A stretch of DNA of 64,000 nt, from positions 32,001 to 96,000 of the IMG/VR virus record IMGVR_UViG_3300031853_000007; one strand, 5' to 3'. The notes below the pieces were generated by a model, which was not told where the DNA came from, searched no databases, and saw only the letters and a program-made list of their open reading frames with translations. Shown here in pieces: positions 38,900 through 49,025 of the stretch. The stretch comes from a virus. Its lineage: Duplodnaviria; Caudoviricetes. How positions within the stretch are numbered: the stretch's first letter is position 1; each line of letters begins with the position of its first letter. Both the position numbers and the translations under genes were made by a program.

Positions 38900-39088
38900 A
38901 TGTTGTACTACAGAATCACGGCAGATGCAGACCAGAGACCCCGCCGTGATGGTTCTATACTGGTCGAGAACGAACTCTATACTCCTGAAGAGATAGAGCG
39001 GTACCGGATCAAACCGCAGTTTTATGAAGCGGTTGAGGTAGCAGAAGGCGATACCTACTATATGTTCGGCGCGAGATTCGCCGAGTAA
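38900..39088 (+). CDS. Small hypothetical protein
   Basis: RBS GGAGG; start MLYYR. Confidence 0.65.
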   Translation: MLYYRITADADQRPRRDGSILVENELYTPEEIERYRIKPQFYEAVEVAEGDTYYMFGARFAE

Positions 39089-39203
39089 GGAGGAAAATAA
39101 ATATGGATACAATGTTGTTTATATTAGTGATGGGCGCTTACATCACTGGTATTATACACGGTCAGATGGTGACCGAAAGAGAAATGGAAGGAGATGAATT
39201 TTA

Positions 39204-40094
39204 ATGGCACACCGTTTTAATGTGGGTGACCGCGTTACGGTTCGCCCCGACCTTACTGCGGGGTATTATAGTTCCACATACTTTAACCCATCAATGGCAA
39301 AATTCAGGGGTAAAACATTCGTTGTAGATGATTTAATTGATCCAGACGAATATCGCCTCACATCTACCGACGATGAATTACGCGATGTATCATCTTGGTG
39401 CTTTAACGAATACATGGTACACCCCGAAGGTGAGAAGTATCTTCTTCCGGGACATCATGTGCTCCTTAACGGCGAAGAGGTTGTTATCTCAGAAAGAGAC
39501 AATTACAATTGCTTCACGGTCAATAAATACAGAGATTATTTTTATGAGAGGGATTTTACCCTGATTGAAGGGTATGATTACACCAAGCCACCCCCGACCA
39601 TAAACGTTGGGGATGTGGTCAAAATTGTGTGTCTCTATACCCTCCACAATTACGGCAGAACATCCATAAACAGTTGTATGGCTGACAGATTCGGCGAATT
39701 CGCCATTGTTACATCTATTGTAGACGGCAAATATTTCCTTACTCAAGAGGGAATTTATAATCGTTCCCTTCGGAACGGGGTCGAGAAATGGACTTGGACA
39801 AGACCTATGTTAGACCCCGTTAATGGGAATAATGAGCTGTTCAAATGCGGCGAAACCGCAATGGCTTTAACTTATTCGACAGATTTACTTCTGCCGATAA
39901 CAGAAGAATGTCTTCTCCCTCACTATGAGAAGACAGAAGAAGTGAAAATAAAGCTAAACGCCGACGTTTTTGGTATCGGCGAAAAAGACACAACTCTGAC
40001 TGCATACAGAGGTGCTATCAGTCAGAGAGTTGTGACACAAACAGTAGCACCGATAATAGGAGCGCTCTATGAGGGCGAATACACGGAGGTATAA
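39204..40094 (+). CDS. Multi-SH3/KOW-like repeat protein (paralog 1 of 4)
   Basis: Repeated (F/Y)xVGDxV units; similar to the three genes at 47199-49895. Confidence 0.6.
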   Translation: MAHRFNVGDRVTVRPDLTAGYYSSTYFNPSMAKFRGKTFVVDDLIDPDEYRLTSTDDELRDVSSWCFNEYMVHPEGEKYLLPGHHVLLNGEEVVISERDNYNCFTVNKYRDYFYERDFTLIEGYDYTKPPPTINVGDVVKIVCLYTLHNYGRTSINSCMADRFGEFAIVTSIVDGKYFLTQEGIYNRSLRNGVEKWTWTRPMLDPVNGNNELFKCGETAMALTYSTDLLLPITEECLLPHYEKTEEVKIKLNADVFGIGEKDTTLTAYRGAISQRVVTQTVAPIIGALYEGEYTEV

Positions 40095-40096
40095 AA

Positions 40097-42625
40097 ATGA
40101 AAATATTAATAAACAAAATCTATAGATATAACAAGCTCAATGTTTTGACCCGTATCCACGAGGTCAAGGAGTCTGATGGCGTGGCTTATTCCCCCGATTT
40201 GGGTACAATTGAGCTGTCCTACATCAAGCCCGCTCTTAATAAGGGACAGCGGTTTGTGTATAACGGCACTTTATATAAAATCGTCGAGAATTATGAATAC
40301 CTCGATGATACATCCGTTATATCTGCTATAAATATGGAAACAGGGGAAATCAAGGATATCCCTTTTCTGGGAGAATCCTTTATGGGCAAACCGGTGCCTA
40401 ATCTCGAATATCTCACCGCCAACGCCGACGAAGATGATGAAGAGGTTAAAGAACCCGCTCCTTTTCAGAATGAGATGGAGTCTTATATAGACTCCTGCTA
40501 CATCCCCTTCTCATCAAACGTTATCAACAAGATAGCGAAAATAGCCGAGGAGAATAAGAAAAAGTTAGTTTCTTTACTCAGCAAGTCTGAGTATTGGGAT
40601 GAAGAAAACCTCTGCATCAACACTATAGTGGATGTACCTAACCCTTCCTCTATCGACAGCGCAGAGGGCGTGTTTGGTAGAATCATTGATATCTATAAAC
40701 GCGAATACTCAAACGATTATAAGCGGCTGATTCGCTGCTACGACCTCATGAAGCTTAACATCTTTATGGATGTTACGGCAGAAAGAGCCGCCGAGTTTAA
40801 AGCTCTCGGTCTTCATATCGCCAAGGGTATGAAACCTAGTAGAGCGATTAACAAGTTTTTTACAGAGACAGGCATGTCTCGTATTAGTAATTATGAAAAA
40901 CTCTTCGCAGAACTATCTGATTACCTCACAAATAACACGATACAGAGAAGAATAACTCTTTCTGTAAATCCCATGGACTTCCTCAGAATGTCAGAGGGTA
41001 ACTCGTGGAAGTCGTGCCACCTCGTAAGAGACCACGGCTGTTATTCCAACGGCGTTTTCTCGTACATGATGGACGAGCAGTCTATGGTTCTTAGTCTGCT
41101 CAATCCCAAAAGCACAGAGAAGCCGTATCTCCAGAAGAAGATTAATCGCATGATGTTCTTCATAAACGAGAACAACGACATTCTCCAGTCTCGCCTGTAT
41201 CCTCAGACGAGAATTCCCGCTATCGAAGATTTCCTTGCTAACTGGGTTAATGAGGAGATAAGCAAGTGTCTGAAAATCGAGAACCTTTACAAGGTTGCAA
41301 TTGAGGACTCTACATGTGCGTCCTATGTCACATCAACAGGTATGCATTATAGAGACTACGGATGCACAAATTTCGGGCAGAGAATATTCACCCCCGAAGG
41401 CAAGAAACCTGAACAGTTCCATATAGGACACGAATCCTATTGTGTTAAGTGCGGCTCAGTAAACGACCGCACTGGAGAGATTCGTTGCCACAACTGTGAG
41501 AACGATTCTAATACCTATTTAGAATTCAGGATAAATTATTTTTGCCCGAACACACACCGTTGCTTTATTGATACAAGCGACGCGAAATTCAACGAAGAGG
41601 ACGGACACTGGTATCTCAAGTGGTACGAGTGCAGAGACTGCGGCAAGATATTCTTCGATAAGCATATCTACTGCGAGGATTGCCGTGGCAATCACGAGGT
41701 ACCCATTTGTGAAGAGTGCGGCGAACCTATAGTTGGCGCAGTCATCGAGGTAGATGGTAAACTCTACTGCGAAGATTGTTACGACGAAAACTTTTTCGTA
41801 TGCAATAAATGCGGAAAAATAGAAAGAAAGGTAAACGGATATTACATAGAAGATACCGGAGAGGATCTCTGCGCAACTTGTTATGAGGAGGGAGAGGATG
41901 ACGGAATATACTTCTGTTGTGAAGATTGCGGAGGATATTTCTCTGAAAACTCACGAACTTATGTAGAGGACTACGGTGATGTCTGCAACTCTTGCATCGA
42001 CGATTACTACTACTGCGAGGACTGCGGTAATTACTACCGTGGTATAGATGTTGATTGGGTAAACGACGTAGACGCTTATGTCTGCAATGATTGCATAGAA
42101 CGTTACTATGTTTATTGTAATCATTGTGAGGAATATGTTCGTGAAGATAACGCACAGCAGGTAGACGGTACTTGGTACTGTGACTACTGCATAGAGAACT
42201 ACGCTCATAGATGCGACCACTGCGGTGAGCTTTATATGGGTGACGATTACAGCATTGTAGACGACGAGCTTCTCTGCCCCGACTGCTACGAACATGGCAC
42301 GGAAACATGCTACGAATGCGGTGACGTTCATCTTAGAGCGAATATGGTCGAAGTAGACGGAGAATGGTACTGTGAAGACTGTGTTCCCGAGAGAGATGAA
42401 TCAGAAGATGAAGCTACAGAATCGAATTCAACACAAACCTCACCAGACCATCTTGTGTTTGACAACGGAAGGGAAGTAACCCTCACAATGTCAATTGATA
42501 GATTCGACGAAGGAACAGCAGCCGTGGTACTGTCATATGACGCTTCGTCTGAGCAGTACGTAATCCAGATAAACACCGGAGACCATACATACTACAGGTC
42601 GGTCGGTAGAGATCAGATAGCATAA
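40097..42625 (+). CDS. Large protein with >10 CxxC zinc-ribbon repeats
   Basis: SVNPMDFLRMS...WKSCH...SRLYP core followed by tandem C-x2-C...YC-x2-C units. Confidence 0.75.
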   Translation: MKILINKIYRYNKLNVLTRIHEVKESDGVAYSPDLGTIELSYIKPALNKGQRFVYNGTLYKIVENYEYLDDTSVISAINMETGEIKDIPFLGESFMGKPVPNLEYLTANADEDDEEVKEPAPFQNEMESYIDSCYIPFSSNVINKIAKIAEENKKKLVSLLSKSEYWDEENLCINTIVDVPNPSSIDSAEGVFGRIIDIYKREYSNDYKRLIRCYDLMKLNIFMDVTAERAAEFKALGLHIAKGMKPSRAINKFFTETGMSRISNYEKLFAELSDYLTNNTIQRRITLSVNPMDFLRMSEGNSWKSCHLVRDHGCYSNGVFSYMMDEQSMVLSLLNPKSTEKPYLQKKINRMMFFINENNDILQSRLYPQTRIPAIEDFLANWVNEEISKCLKIENLYKVAIEDSTCASYVTSTGMHYRDYGCTNFGQRIFTPEGKKPEQFHIGHESYCVKCGSVNDRTGEIRCHNCENDSNTYLEFRINYFCPNTHRCFIDTSDAKFNEEDGHWYLKWYECRDCGKIFFDKHIYCEDCRGNHEVPICEECGEPIVGAVIEVDGKLYCEDCYDENFFVCNKCGKIERKVNGYYIEDTGEDLCATCYEEGEDDGIYFCCEDCGGYFSENSRTYVEDYGDVCNSCIDDYYYCEDCGNYYRGIDVDWVNDVDAYVCNDCIERYYVYCNHCEEYVREDNAQQVDGTWYCDYCIENYAHRCDHCGELYMGDDYSIVDDELLCPDCYEHGTETCYECGDVHLRANMVEVDGEWYCEDCVPERDESEDEATESNSTQTSPDHLVFDNGREVTLTMSIDRFDEGTAAVVLSYDASSEQYVIQINTGDHTYYRSVGRDQIA

Positions 42626-42643
42626 ATATAGGAGGACTTTATC

Positions 42644-43948
42644 ATGAAAAACTTTTACGAAATTCTTAAAGCAACACAGGACGAGTTAAAGGCAAAGCTC
42701 CCCGAGATTCTCACCAAGAACGGATACACTCCGCAGGTTGAGGATGGGTTTATATATGCAGAGGGTGAAATCCCTGTGCTTCTGATAGCACATATGGACA
42801 CGGTACACAAAGAGCCTGTTAAGTCCATCTGTGTATCGGATGACGGCATTCTCATGTCGCCGACAGGTATCGGCGGTGATGACCGATGTGGCATCTTCAT
42901 GGTTCTTGAAACCATCAAGACACATAAGTGCCACGTTCTCTTTACAGAAGATGAGGAGATAGGTCTTATAGGAGCAGGTAAGTTTGCAAGTTCGGGAATC
43001 ACACCAGAAGTCAACTGGATTCTGGAGTATGACCGCAAGGGTAACAACGATGCGGTATTCTACAGTTGTGATAATCCTGAGTTCACAGAGTTTATCACGG
43101 ACAAGGAGATAGGTTTTGTGTTCGCAAGTGGCTCGGCTTCGGACATATCGAGAGTTGCTCCCGCTATTAATAGAGCGGCTGTGAATCTTTCCTGTGGTTA
43201 CTACAATCAGCACCATCTCAATGAGTATGTTGTTGTATCGGAGATGATGAACAACATCGAGCGCGGCAAGATGCTTATAGATAAGCCAGTAGACAAGCCG
43301 TTTGAGTACATTGAGAAGGTGTACACATACAAGTCGTACAAAAACAGTGATTATAGCTTTAGCGTCTACGATGATTACGGTTACGGAAGCTACTATCGTA
43401 AGCCGTATATGTCATACTATAACGACGGCTATACTAAGAACGACGAGAACTCGAATGTCAGTAATGACGAAACCGAATCGCGTGAAGATCTCGCTGACAT
43501 CGCTCGTGAAGCGATTTATGACCACATTGACGAAAATGCGTTAAGGTGGTTTAGTGAATTCTACGGAGTTGATATGCCCCGCAAGAGTTCGCTTATCGTA
43601 CCCGAGAACATCCTTGATTTCAACACCGAGGAGTTCGTGATAATAGACGGAGATGAAACTATCCCTTATAATGATTTCTACTTTGAGCAGATAGGGGATA
43701 TCTTCATAGATAAAGACACCTATGTCTACATCCTTAAATATGATGATGAGTATGGTGTAGAAGTCGCTGTCAAGACGGATAAATACCTTGCACGGAATGG
43801 CGGAAAGGACATTCTGTACTATCCTGACCAGATGGAACTTCATTACTCTATGACCGAGTTAGAGTTTGCTACATTCTGTGAGTATACAGAGTGTTACCTC
43901 GAATCGGAAATAGAGTCTCGGGTGTTTACTGAGGTCGGTATCTACTGA
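42644..43948 (+). CDS. M20/M28-like zinc metallopeptidase
   Basis: AHMDTVH, GGDDRCG, EEIG, YDRKG, SDIS, GYYNQH. Confidence 0.8.
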   Translation: MKNFYEILKATQDELKAKLPEILTKNGYTPQVEDGFIYAEGEIPVLLIAHMDTVHKEPVKSICVSDDGILMSPTGIGGDDRCGIFMVLETIKTHKCHVLFTEDEEIGLIGAGKFASSGITPEVNWILEYDRKGNNDAVFYSCDNPEFTEFITDKEIGFVFASGSASDISRVAPAINRAAVNLSCGYYNQHHLNEYVVVSEMMNNIERGKMLIDKPVDKPFEYIEKVYTYKSYKNSDYSFSVYDDYGYGSYYRKPYMSYYNDGYTKNDENSNVSNDETESREDLADIAREAIYDHIDENALRWFSEFYGVDMPRKSSLIVPENILDFNTEEFVIIDGDETIPYNDFYFEQIGDIFIDKDTYVYILKYDDEYGVEVAVKTDKYLARNGGKDILYYPDQMELHYSMTELEFATFCEYTECYLESEIESRVFTEVGIY

Positions 43949-44045
43949 TACATCAGACACCCAAAATCATAAGTAACGCCAACCAATTATAACCAAAATG
44001 AAGAAAACAAAAATCTAAGACTTTAAATTCAAAGGAGAATGAATT

Positions 44046-44957
44046 ATGAAAAACTTTACTATTGCTAACCTGATGACCGGCGACCTCGTAACCCTGAGAA
44101 ACGGCAAGACCGGAACCGTAATGCTCAACACCCCCATCGGCGATATCATTCGCTACCACAGCGAGAAGAATAGCTTCTCTTACATAGCGAAGCGTTTCAA
44201 CGCCGACCTGACCCACAACAAGCACACCAACATGGACATCATGAAAGTGTACAGAATCGACCCCGCCAAGGTTCCCATGAACAAGGTGGGTGACCTCGTT
44301 GCTAACCCCGTGAAGATGCTTGACGCTGGAACCGTAGTCTTCGATAGAGATGCAGTTTCTGCAAAGCCCAAGCTCGGCGACCTTATCACTGGCGACCTGC
44401 TGATCCACAGAAACGGCAAGGTGTCTACCGTGTATAAGGACACTCCCATCGGCGACATCATCAGATACTACACCGAGAACAACTCGTTCAGCTATCTGAG
44501 AAGATATAACGACGACCTTGTTCACGAGTCTAAGGACAGCTTCGATATCGTTGCGGTACTGAGAGTTCCCGACAGTATCGACTCTACACAGATTGGTGAC
44601 TATATCGCCAACCCTGTAAAGGTGCTGACCGCAGATGATGTGAGTGATTACATTGTTTGGTCTGACGGAGACATACAGGCTTCGTTATACTACGATGGTG
44701 ACAATTACGAGACATCTCTTTCTGCGGATTATCTCGGCTCGACAACTTCTGATTCCGATGATTCTTCTGATTCGTCTGTGATAGAGCGTCTCGTGAGAGT
44801 CTTCGGTATTGACCTCTCCGACGATAGTGACGGCGGTTGCCATTGCGGTTGCAGTGGTTGCCAGAGTGATGATGATGATGATGACCGTGCTGACGAAATC
44901 GAAGAGCTGAGAGACCTGCTCGACGAAATCGCTGACAGACTGGACGACCTTAGCTAA
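44046..44957 (+). CDS. Hypothetical protein with duplicated ~110-aa domain and acidic tail
   Basis: L.TGDL...RNGK..TV...TPIGDIIRY..E.NSFSY occurs twice. Confidence 0.75.
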   Translation: MKNFTIANLMTGDLVTLRNGKTGTVMLNTPIGDIIRYHSEKNSFSYIAKRFNADLTHNKHTNMDIMKVYRIDPAKVPMNKVGDLVANPVKMLDAGTVVFDRDAVSAKPKLGDLITGDLLIHRNGKVSTVYKDTPIGDIIRYYTENNSFSYLRRYNDDLVHESKDSFDIVAVLRVPDSIDSTQIGDYIANPVKVLTADDVSDYIVWSDGDIQASLYYDGDNYETSLSADYLGSTTSDSDDSSDSSVIERLVRVFGIDLSDDSDGGCHCGCSGCQSDDDDDDRADEIEELRDLLDEIADRLDDLS

Positions 44958-45274
44958 TGGGTCGAAGCATAAGCAGAGACCTAAAAGAACAGATACCCTC
45001 TGAAAGATGTTATTATTGTGGTTGTGAGTTGGATTCAAGTAATCGAACTTACGACCACGTAATACCTCGTGGGAAAGGCGGTGAAGATACAACAAGTAAT
45101 CTTGTAGCTTGTTGTGACAAGTGTAATGGTATCAAGAAGGATTACACTTTGTATGAGTTGATTAATGCACTGGATTGTCAAAGAAAGTTCTGTGACGATG
45201 AAGAGCGAATGGTTAAACTCGACTACTACAAGATGATATTCTCCGACGCTAGAAAGCGTTTGAGAGCTAGATAA
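44957..45274 (+). CDS. HNH endonuclease
   Basis: CYYCG...DHVIPRGKGG...NLVACCDKCNGIK. Confidence 0.88.
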   Translation: MGRSISRDLKEQIPSERCYYCGCELDSSNRTYDHVIPRGKGGEDTTSNLVACCDKCNGIKKDYTLYELINALDCQRKFCDDEERMVKLDYYKMIFSDARKRLRAR

Positions 45275-45279
45275 TACGA

Positions 45280-45306
45280 GCGCCCGATATATAGTCGGGC
45301 GTTTTT
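45280..45306 (+). terminator. Intrinsic terminator
   Basis: GCGCCCGA-TATATAG-TCGGGCGT TTTT. Confidence 0.65.
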
Positions 45307-45388
45307 GCTCCTATGGTGGAATAGGCAGACACGCCAGATTTAGGTTCTGGTGCTGAAAAGCGTATCGGTTCGAGTCCGATTAGGAGCA
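45307..45388 (+). tRNA. tRNA-Leu (TAG)
   Basis: Cloverleaf with long variable arm, anticodon loop TT TAG GT. Confidence 0.92.
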
Positions 45389-45410
45389 TTCGACAATAAT
45401 TAAAGGAGGA

Positions 45411-45881
45411 ATGTATATGTCGAATTTAAAAAGAAGTCTTGCAGAAATGAAAGCAATCTGCAATCAGAGAGGTTCATTTTACTTTGAACCTGACACGGTT
45501 AAATTCTGGGGCGCAACAGTTCACGCTCCCGCAAATAGGTGGGGTTTATTTGTGGAGAGCTTTGATAGTTTCAACAGAGAATATAAACTCTATGCTGTCA
45601 AGTTCTTCTCTCCTACAGGTTTTGTCACGACGATAGAACCCGCCGACATCGAAAGAACACATGAGCATTTCAAGACGCTCGAAGACGCGATGAGTTTTAG
45701 AGATAAGCTGTCTGCTGCTCTCGACGAAGCTGCAAAGTCTTACCGTGAAAACGTAGTACTCAGCTCTCTCACTAAGGTCTGCGAAGACGGTCTTTGTTCT
45801 GGGATTTATGTTCTTCGTAACGACAATGATGATAGTATTATGATTAACACAAATAACCTCGGTAGGTTTATCTGTGGTTGA
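45411..45881 (+). CDS. Hypothetical protein
   Basis: RBS AAAGGAGG. Confidence 0.7.
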   Translation: MYMSNLKRSLAEMKAICNQRGSFYFEPDTVKFWGATVHAPANRWGLFVESFDSFNREYKLYAVKFFSPTGFVTTIEPADIERTHEHFKTLEDAMSFRDKLSAALDEAAKSYRENVVLSSLTKVCEDGLCSGIYVLRNDNDDSIMINTNNLGRFICG

Positions 45882-45895
45882 AAAGAGGTGAAAAT

Positions 45896-46153
45896 ATGAA
45901 TACAAGAGAAAGACACAGAGGGCGAAGAGAAAGGAGAGTGTTGACAGCCCGAAAGATTAATGCTCGGGTAACTGTGAGACGTTGCTGTATCGACGATGCT
46001 TTCACGGTTGATAAAGGACGACTCGCCAAGAAGCTGATATATCGCACAAAGCAGAGGTGGGAATACTACATGATACCGTCTGTATCTACAAGACGTAAAC
46101 TGGATACAATCAAATCTAAAATGGAGGATTATAACTATGAAGCTGTTTGTTAA
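45896..46153 (+). CDS. Basic hypothetical protein
   Basis: RBS AGAGGTG. Confidence 0.55.
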   Translation: MNTRERHRGRRERRVLTARKINARVTVRRCCIDDAFTVDKGRLAKKLIYRTKQRWEYYMIPSVSTRRKLDTIKSKMEDYNYEAVC

Positions 46154-46553
46154 TGTACGCAAGGGAGATATCAAGGACGACAACACCTACAAGTGTGCGA
46201 TAGCTCGCTATTATCTGTCGGAAGCAACAAAGAAACCTAAGAAGAGTAATCTCGATGAGCTGGCACACCGCTGGTCTTACATTCCCGAAGCTGCGAGGGT
46301 CGTTAAGGATTTAGTTGACGACGAGACATACTACTTCATGATGGGGTTGAATCGTGTTGCTTCGTTTGAAACGGCAATTGATATGTTAAAGGACGCTATG
46401 GATTATAGAAGCCCCGCATTTTATCCAGACTTTCGTGTGCTTTCAAGCGCGGCGAATGCGTTCAATAAGTTCGATGATGTACCTTGGGTGGAGACGCTTA
46501 GAGAGGTTAATAAGGAAAGAGAACAGCTTGGACTGTTTACATACACTGTTTAA
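46137..46553 (+). CDS. Hypothetical protein
   Basis: RBS GGAGG. Confidence 0.7.
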   Translation: MKLFVNVRKGDIKDDNTYKCAIARYYLSEATKKPKKSNLDELAHRWSYIPEAARVVKDLVDDETYYFMMGLNRVASFETAIDMLKDAMDYRSPAFYPDFRVLSSAANAFNKFDDVPWVETLREVNKEREQLGLFTYTV

Positions 46554-46664
46554 TATAAAAATACAAGGAGGAATAAATATGTACAACTACAAGACAGACG
46601 AGGAAATCAACCGCGAAGAATTTCTGGAAGAGATATTCTCTTTTAGTTACTGAGAGGTGATATC

Positions 46665-46907
46665 ATGTATGTGGTAGGACGATTTAATATCATAGAGCGC
46701 GGTTACTCTTGGCGTGACAGAGAGTTCAGTGAAGTGATAATCTGTGAGTATGATAACAACGAAAGAGAGGTGGCGCGGAAACTTTTCTACTTCAAGGGTA
46801 GAGTTCCGAAGTTTGAGACTGAGCGTCAAGTAGACGCAGTATTTAAGTATCCCGGAAACAGCAAGTTATGTATCGCACCGGGTTTATTCATCAGACGAGT
46901 GGCTTGA
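46665..46907 (+). CDS. Hypothetical protein
   Basis: RBS GAGGTG. Confidence 0.6.
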   Translation: MYVVGRFNIIERGYSWRDREFSEVIICEYDNNEREVARKLFYFKGRVPKFETERQVDAVFKYPGNSKLCIAPGLFIRRVA

Positions 46908-46941
46908 TAAGTGATAAAAAATAATATGGGAGGTTACAATC

Positions 46942-47175
46942 ATGGACGAGAAGTCTTTAATCTTTTATCATATAGTCAACGATAATAGACAGCGTAAGGA
47001 AGAGGAGTGGGCGAACGAGTGCGGGTGTGTGCTCGTTCCTGTCTCCAATGACATCTGTGAGTCTAAATTTAGCAAGTTTAAAAGAGCAATAGTGTTTGCC
47101 ATACAAGGAATCGGCGCGGTAATTACTGCGGTTCTCGGGTTCGGGTTTATGGCTATTATGACTCTCATAGTGTGA
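46942..47175 (+). CDS. Small membrane protein
   Basis: RBS GGAGG; C-terminal hydrophobic helix. Confidence 0.6.
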   Translation: MDEKSLIFYHIVNDNRQRKEEEWANECGCVLVPVSNDICESKFSKFKRAIVFAIQGIGAVITAVLGFGFMAIMTLIV

Positions 47176-47198
47176 GTCAATAATACAAGGAGGTTAAG

Positions 47199-48143
47199 AT
47201 GAAATATAAAATAGGTGATAGAGTTAGAATAAAACCCAACATTACTGATGAACTTCATTACGAATGTTGTGTCGTAGAAGAGATGGTTAGGTATGCTGGA
47301 TGTTCAGCGACGGTTCTTGAATGTACTGGCAAGACTTATCGTTTAAGTGCTGATGACGGTAGTTGGGCTTGGAGTCCCGATACGCTTGAGGGTTACACTG
47401 GGTTCTATATAGGCAATCACGTTATAGTTAACGGTGTAGAACGTGTAATTATTGATATAAAAACAACCATATCCGAAAGTAAAGGGGTTGATCCTCAGCG
47501 TACTTATCAGCTCGAAGATGGTAATTGGTATTCCGAGTCTCAACTTGGTCACATAGAGTGTTTTGATTATTCCAAACAAACTCTTCCGGAAGGTTTTAAT
47601 GTGGGAGATTATGTTATTGTCCGCGTAAATAGATCAATCGGAATATATGGTGGTTCTTATTCGCATAACGGTGTTGTTACTAACTCTAGCCACAGGGAAA
47701 ATAATAACAGGATGGCAAAAATTATAGAACACGGTATCGGTTATAAGTATTTTATAGATATTGATAGCGAAAATGCTTATTCTGGATATATGCTAGAGAA
47801 AATCTCTTTTGTCTCGCCTAAACCCGGAGATACGGTTCTCCATATGAGATCAGAAAAAATTTTGACAGTCGAAACAGTTAGCGATGAAACTTGTGTTTTG
47901 TCTTGTTGTACATCAGACGAAACAATTACTGAGAATATCAGGGATGTGATGGTTATGAAGCCAGCGAGTGCAATGCTTTACCAAGATGTGTATGGTGTTG
48001 GTAAAGCGAGAGACGTGATATCTGGTTATTATCAACCTGAAATTCGTAAGTTTGTTGTTGAAACTGCGAACTTTATATCTGGTGAGTTATTCCCCGAAGA
48101 GATACGTATTGTATATATGGACGATAGCAGGAGGTTACAATGA
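47199..48143 (+). CDS. Multi-SH3/KOW-like repeat protein (paralog 2)
   Basis: MKYKIGDRVRI...W.WS...LE and further VGD.V units. Confidence 0.65.
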   Translation: MKYKIGDRVRIKPNITDELHYECCVVEEMVRYAGCSATVLECTGKTYRLSADDGSWAWSPDTLEGYTGFYIGNHVIVNGVERVIIDIKTTISESKGVDPQRTYQLEDGNWYSESQLGHIECFDYSKQTLPEGFNVGDYVIVRVNRSIGIYGGSYSHNGVVTNSSHRENNNRMAKIIEHGIGYKYFIDIDSENAYSGYMLEKISFVSPKPGDTVLHMRSEKILTVETVSDETCVLSCCTSDETITENIRDVMVMKPASAMLYQDVYGVGKARDVISGYYQPEIRKFVVETANFISGELFPEEIRIVYMDDSRRLQ

Positions 48144-49024
48144 AATTAAAATATAAGGTTGGAGACGTGGTTACTATTAACCCGAATCTGATATATGGAT
48201 TCTCTTATTTACACGGTTTAGCAGAAGATATGATGGAATATCGCGGCGAGACTTGTGTGGTTACTAATATCGACTATAATGGATACATCCTTGAAAATAT
48301 AGATCATTTCCTTTGGTCTGATGAAATGCTTGAAGGTTATGACGGTTTCTTTCTTGGTAATGTAGTCATCCTTCCTGATGGGACTCAAGGTATGATTGCA
48401 AGTAAAGACCCTCTTGACGAAACATATCTTGTTAATGGACATCTATACTCAAAAGAATCTCTTGGACGTATAGACGGCTATGATTATACTCGCCCGACTG
48501 TTTTAAGAAAGTATGAGGTTGGTGATTTTGTAAAGATAGCCATTAATACAGACAACGAACAATACGGTAGACTTTATGTTAGTACAAAAACAAAATACTA
48601 TAATCACAGAATAGGTCAAGTGGTTAAAATCAATAGCGAACATATAGACGGCGGCGAATATACAATAAGTGTTGACGGCATAAATATATTATGTAACAGT
48701 CTTATGATTGTTCCCGTAAAGACACCAAAATTTAAAGTCGGTGATAAGGTTTATTGTGATGGTGTCGCCACTGTTATCTCAATAGGTGAAGCTTTATGTG
48801 GTTTATTATTAGCCAACGGAAAAATAGCAACGGTTCCGATGCGGTCATTAGAGCCTTTGAATGAGAAAGAGGTTACGTTGACAAATGATATTTTTGGAAT
48901 CGGTAATGCTGGTGATAAAGTGAGTGGGTATTATGCCGAGATTAGTCACAGACTGTTCGTACAATCGAAATTATCATACGTGTCTGGAATTTTACAGCGA
49001 GATGAATTTATAGTAGGAGGTTAA
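48140..49024 (+). CDS. Multi-SH3/KOW-like repeat protein (paralog 3)
   Basis: Colinear similarity to its neighbours. Confidence 0.65.
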   Translation: MKLKYKVGDVVTINPNLIYGFSYLHGLAEDMMEYRGETCVVTNIDYNGYILENIDHFLWSDEMLEGYDGFFLGNVVILPDGTQGMIASKDPLDETYLVNGHLYSKESLGRIDGYDYTRPTVLRKYEVGDFVKIAINTDNEQYGRLYVSTKTKYYNHRIGQVVKINSEHIDGGEYTISVDGINILCNSLMIVPVKTPKFKVGDKVYCDGVATVISIGEALCGLLLANGKIATVPMRSLEPLNEKEVTLTNDIFGIGNAGDKVSGYYAEISHRLFVQSKLSYVSGILQRDEFIVGG

Positions 49025-49025
49025 T

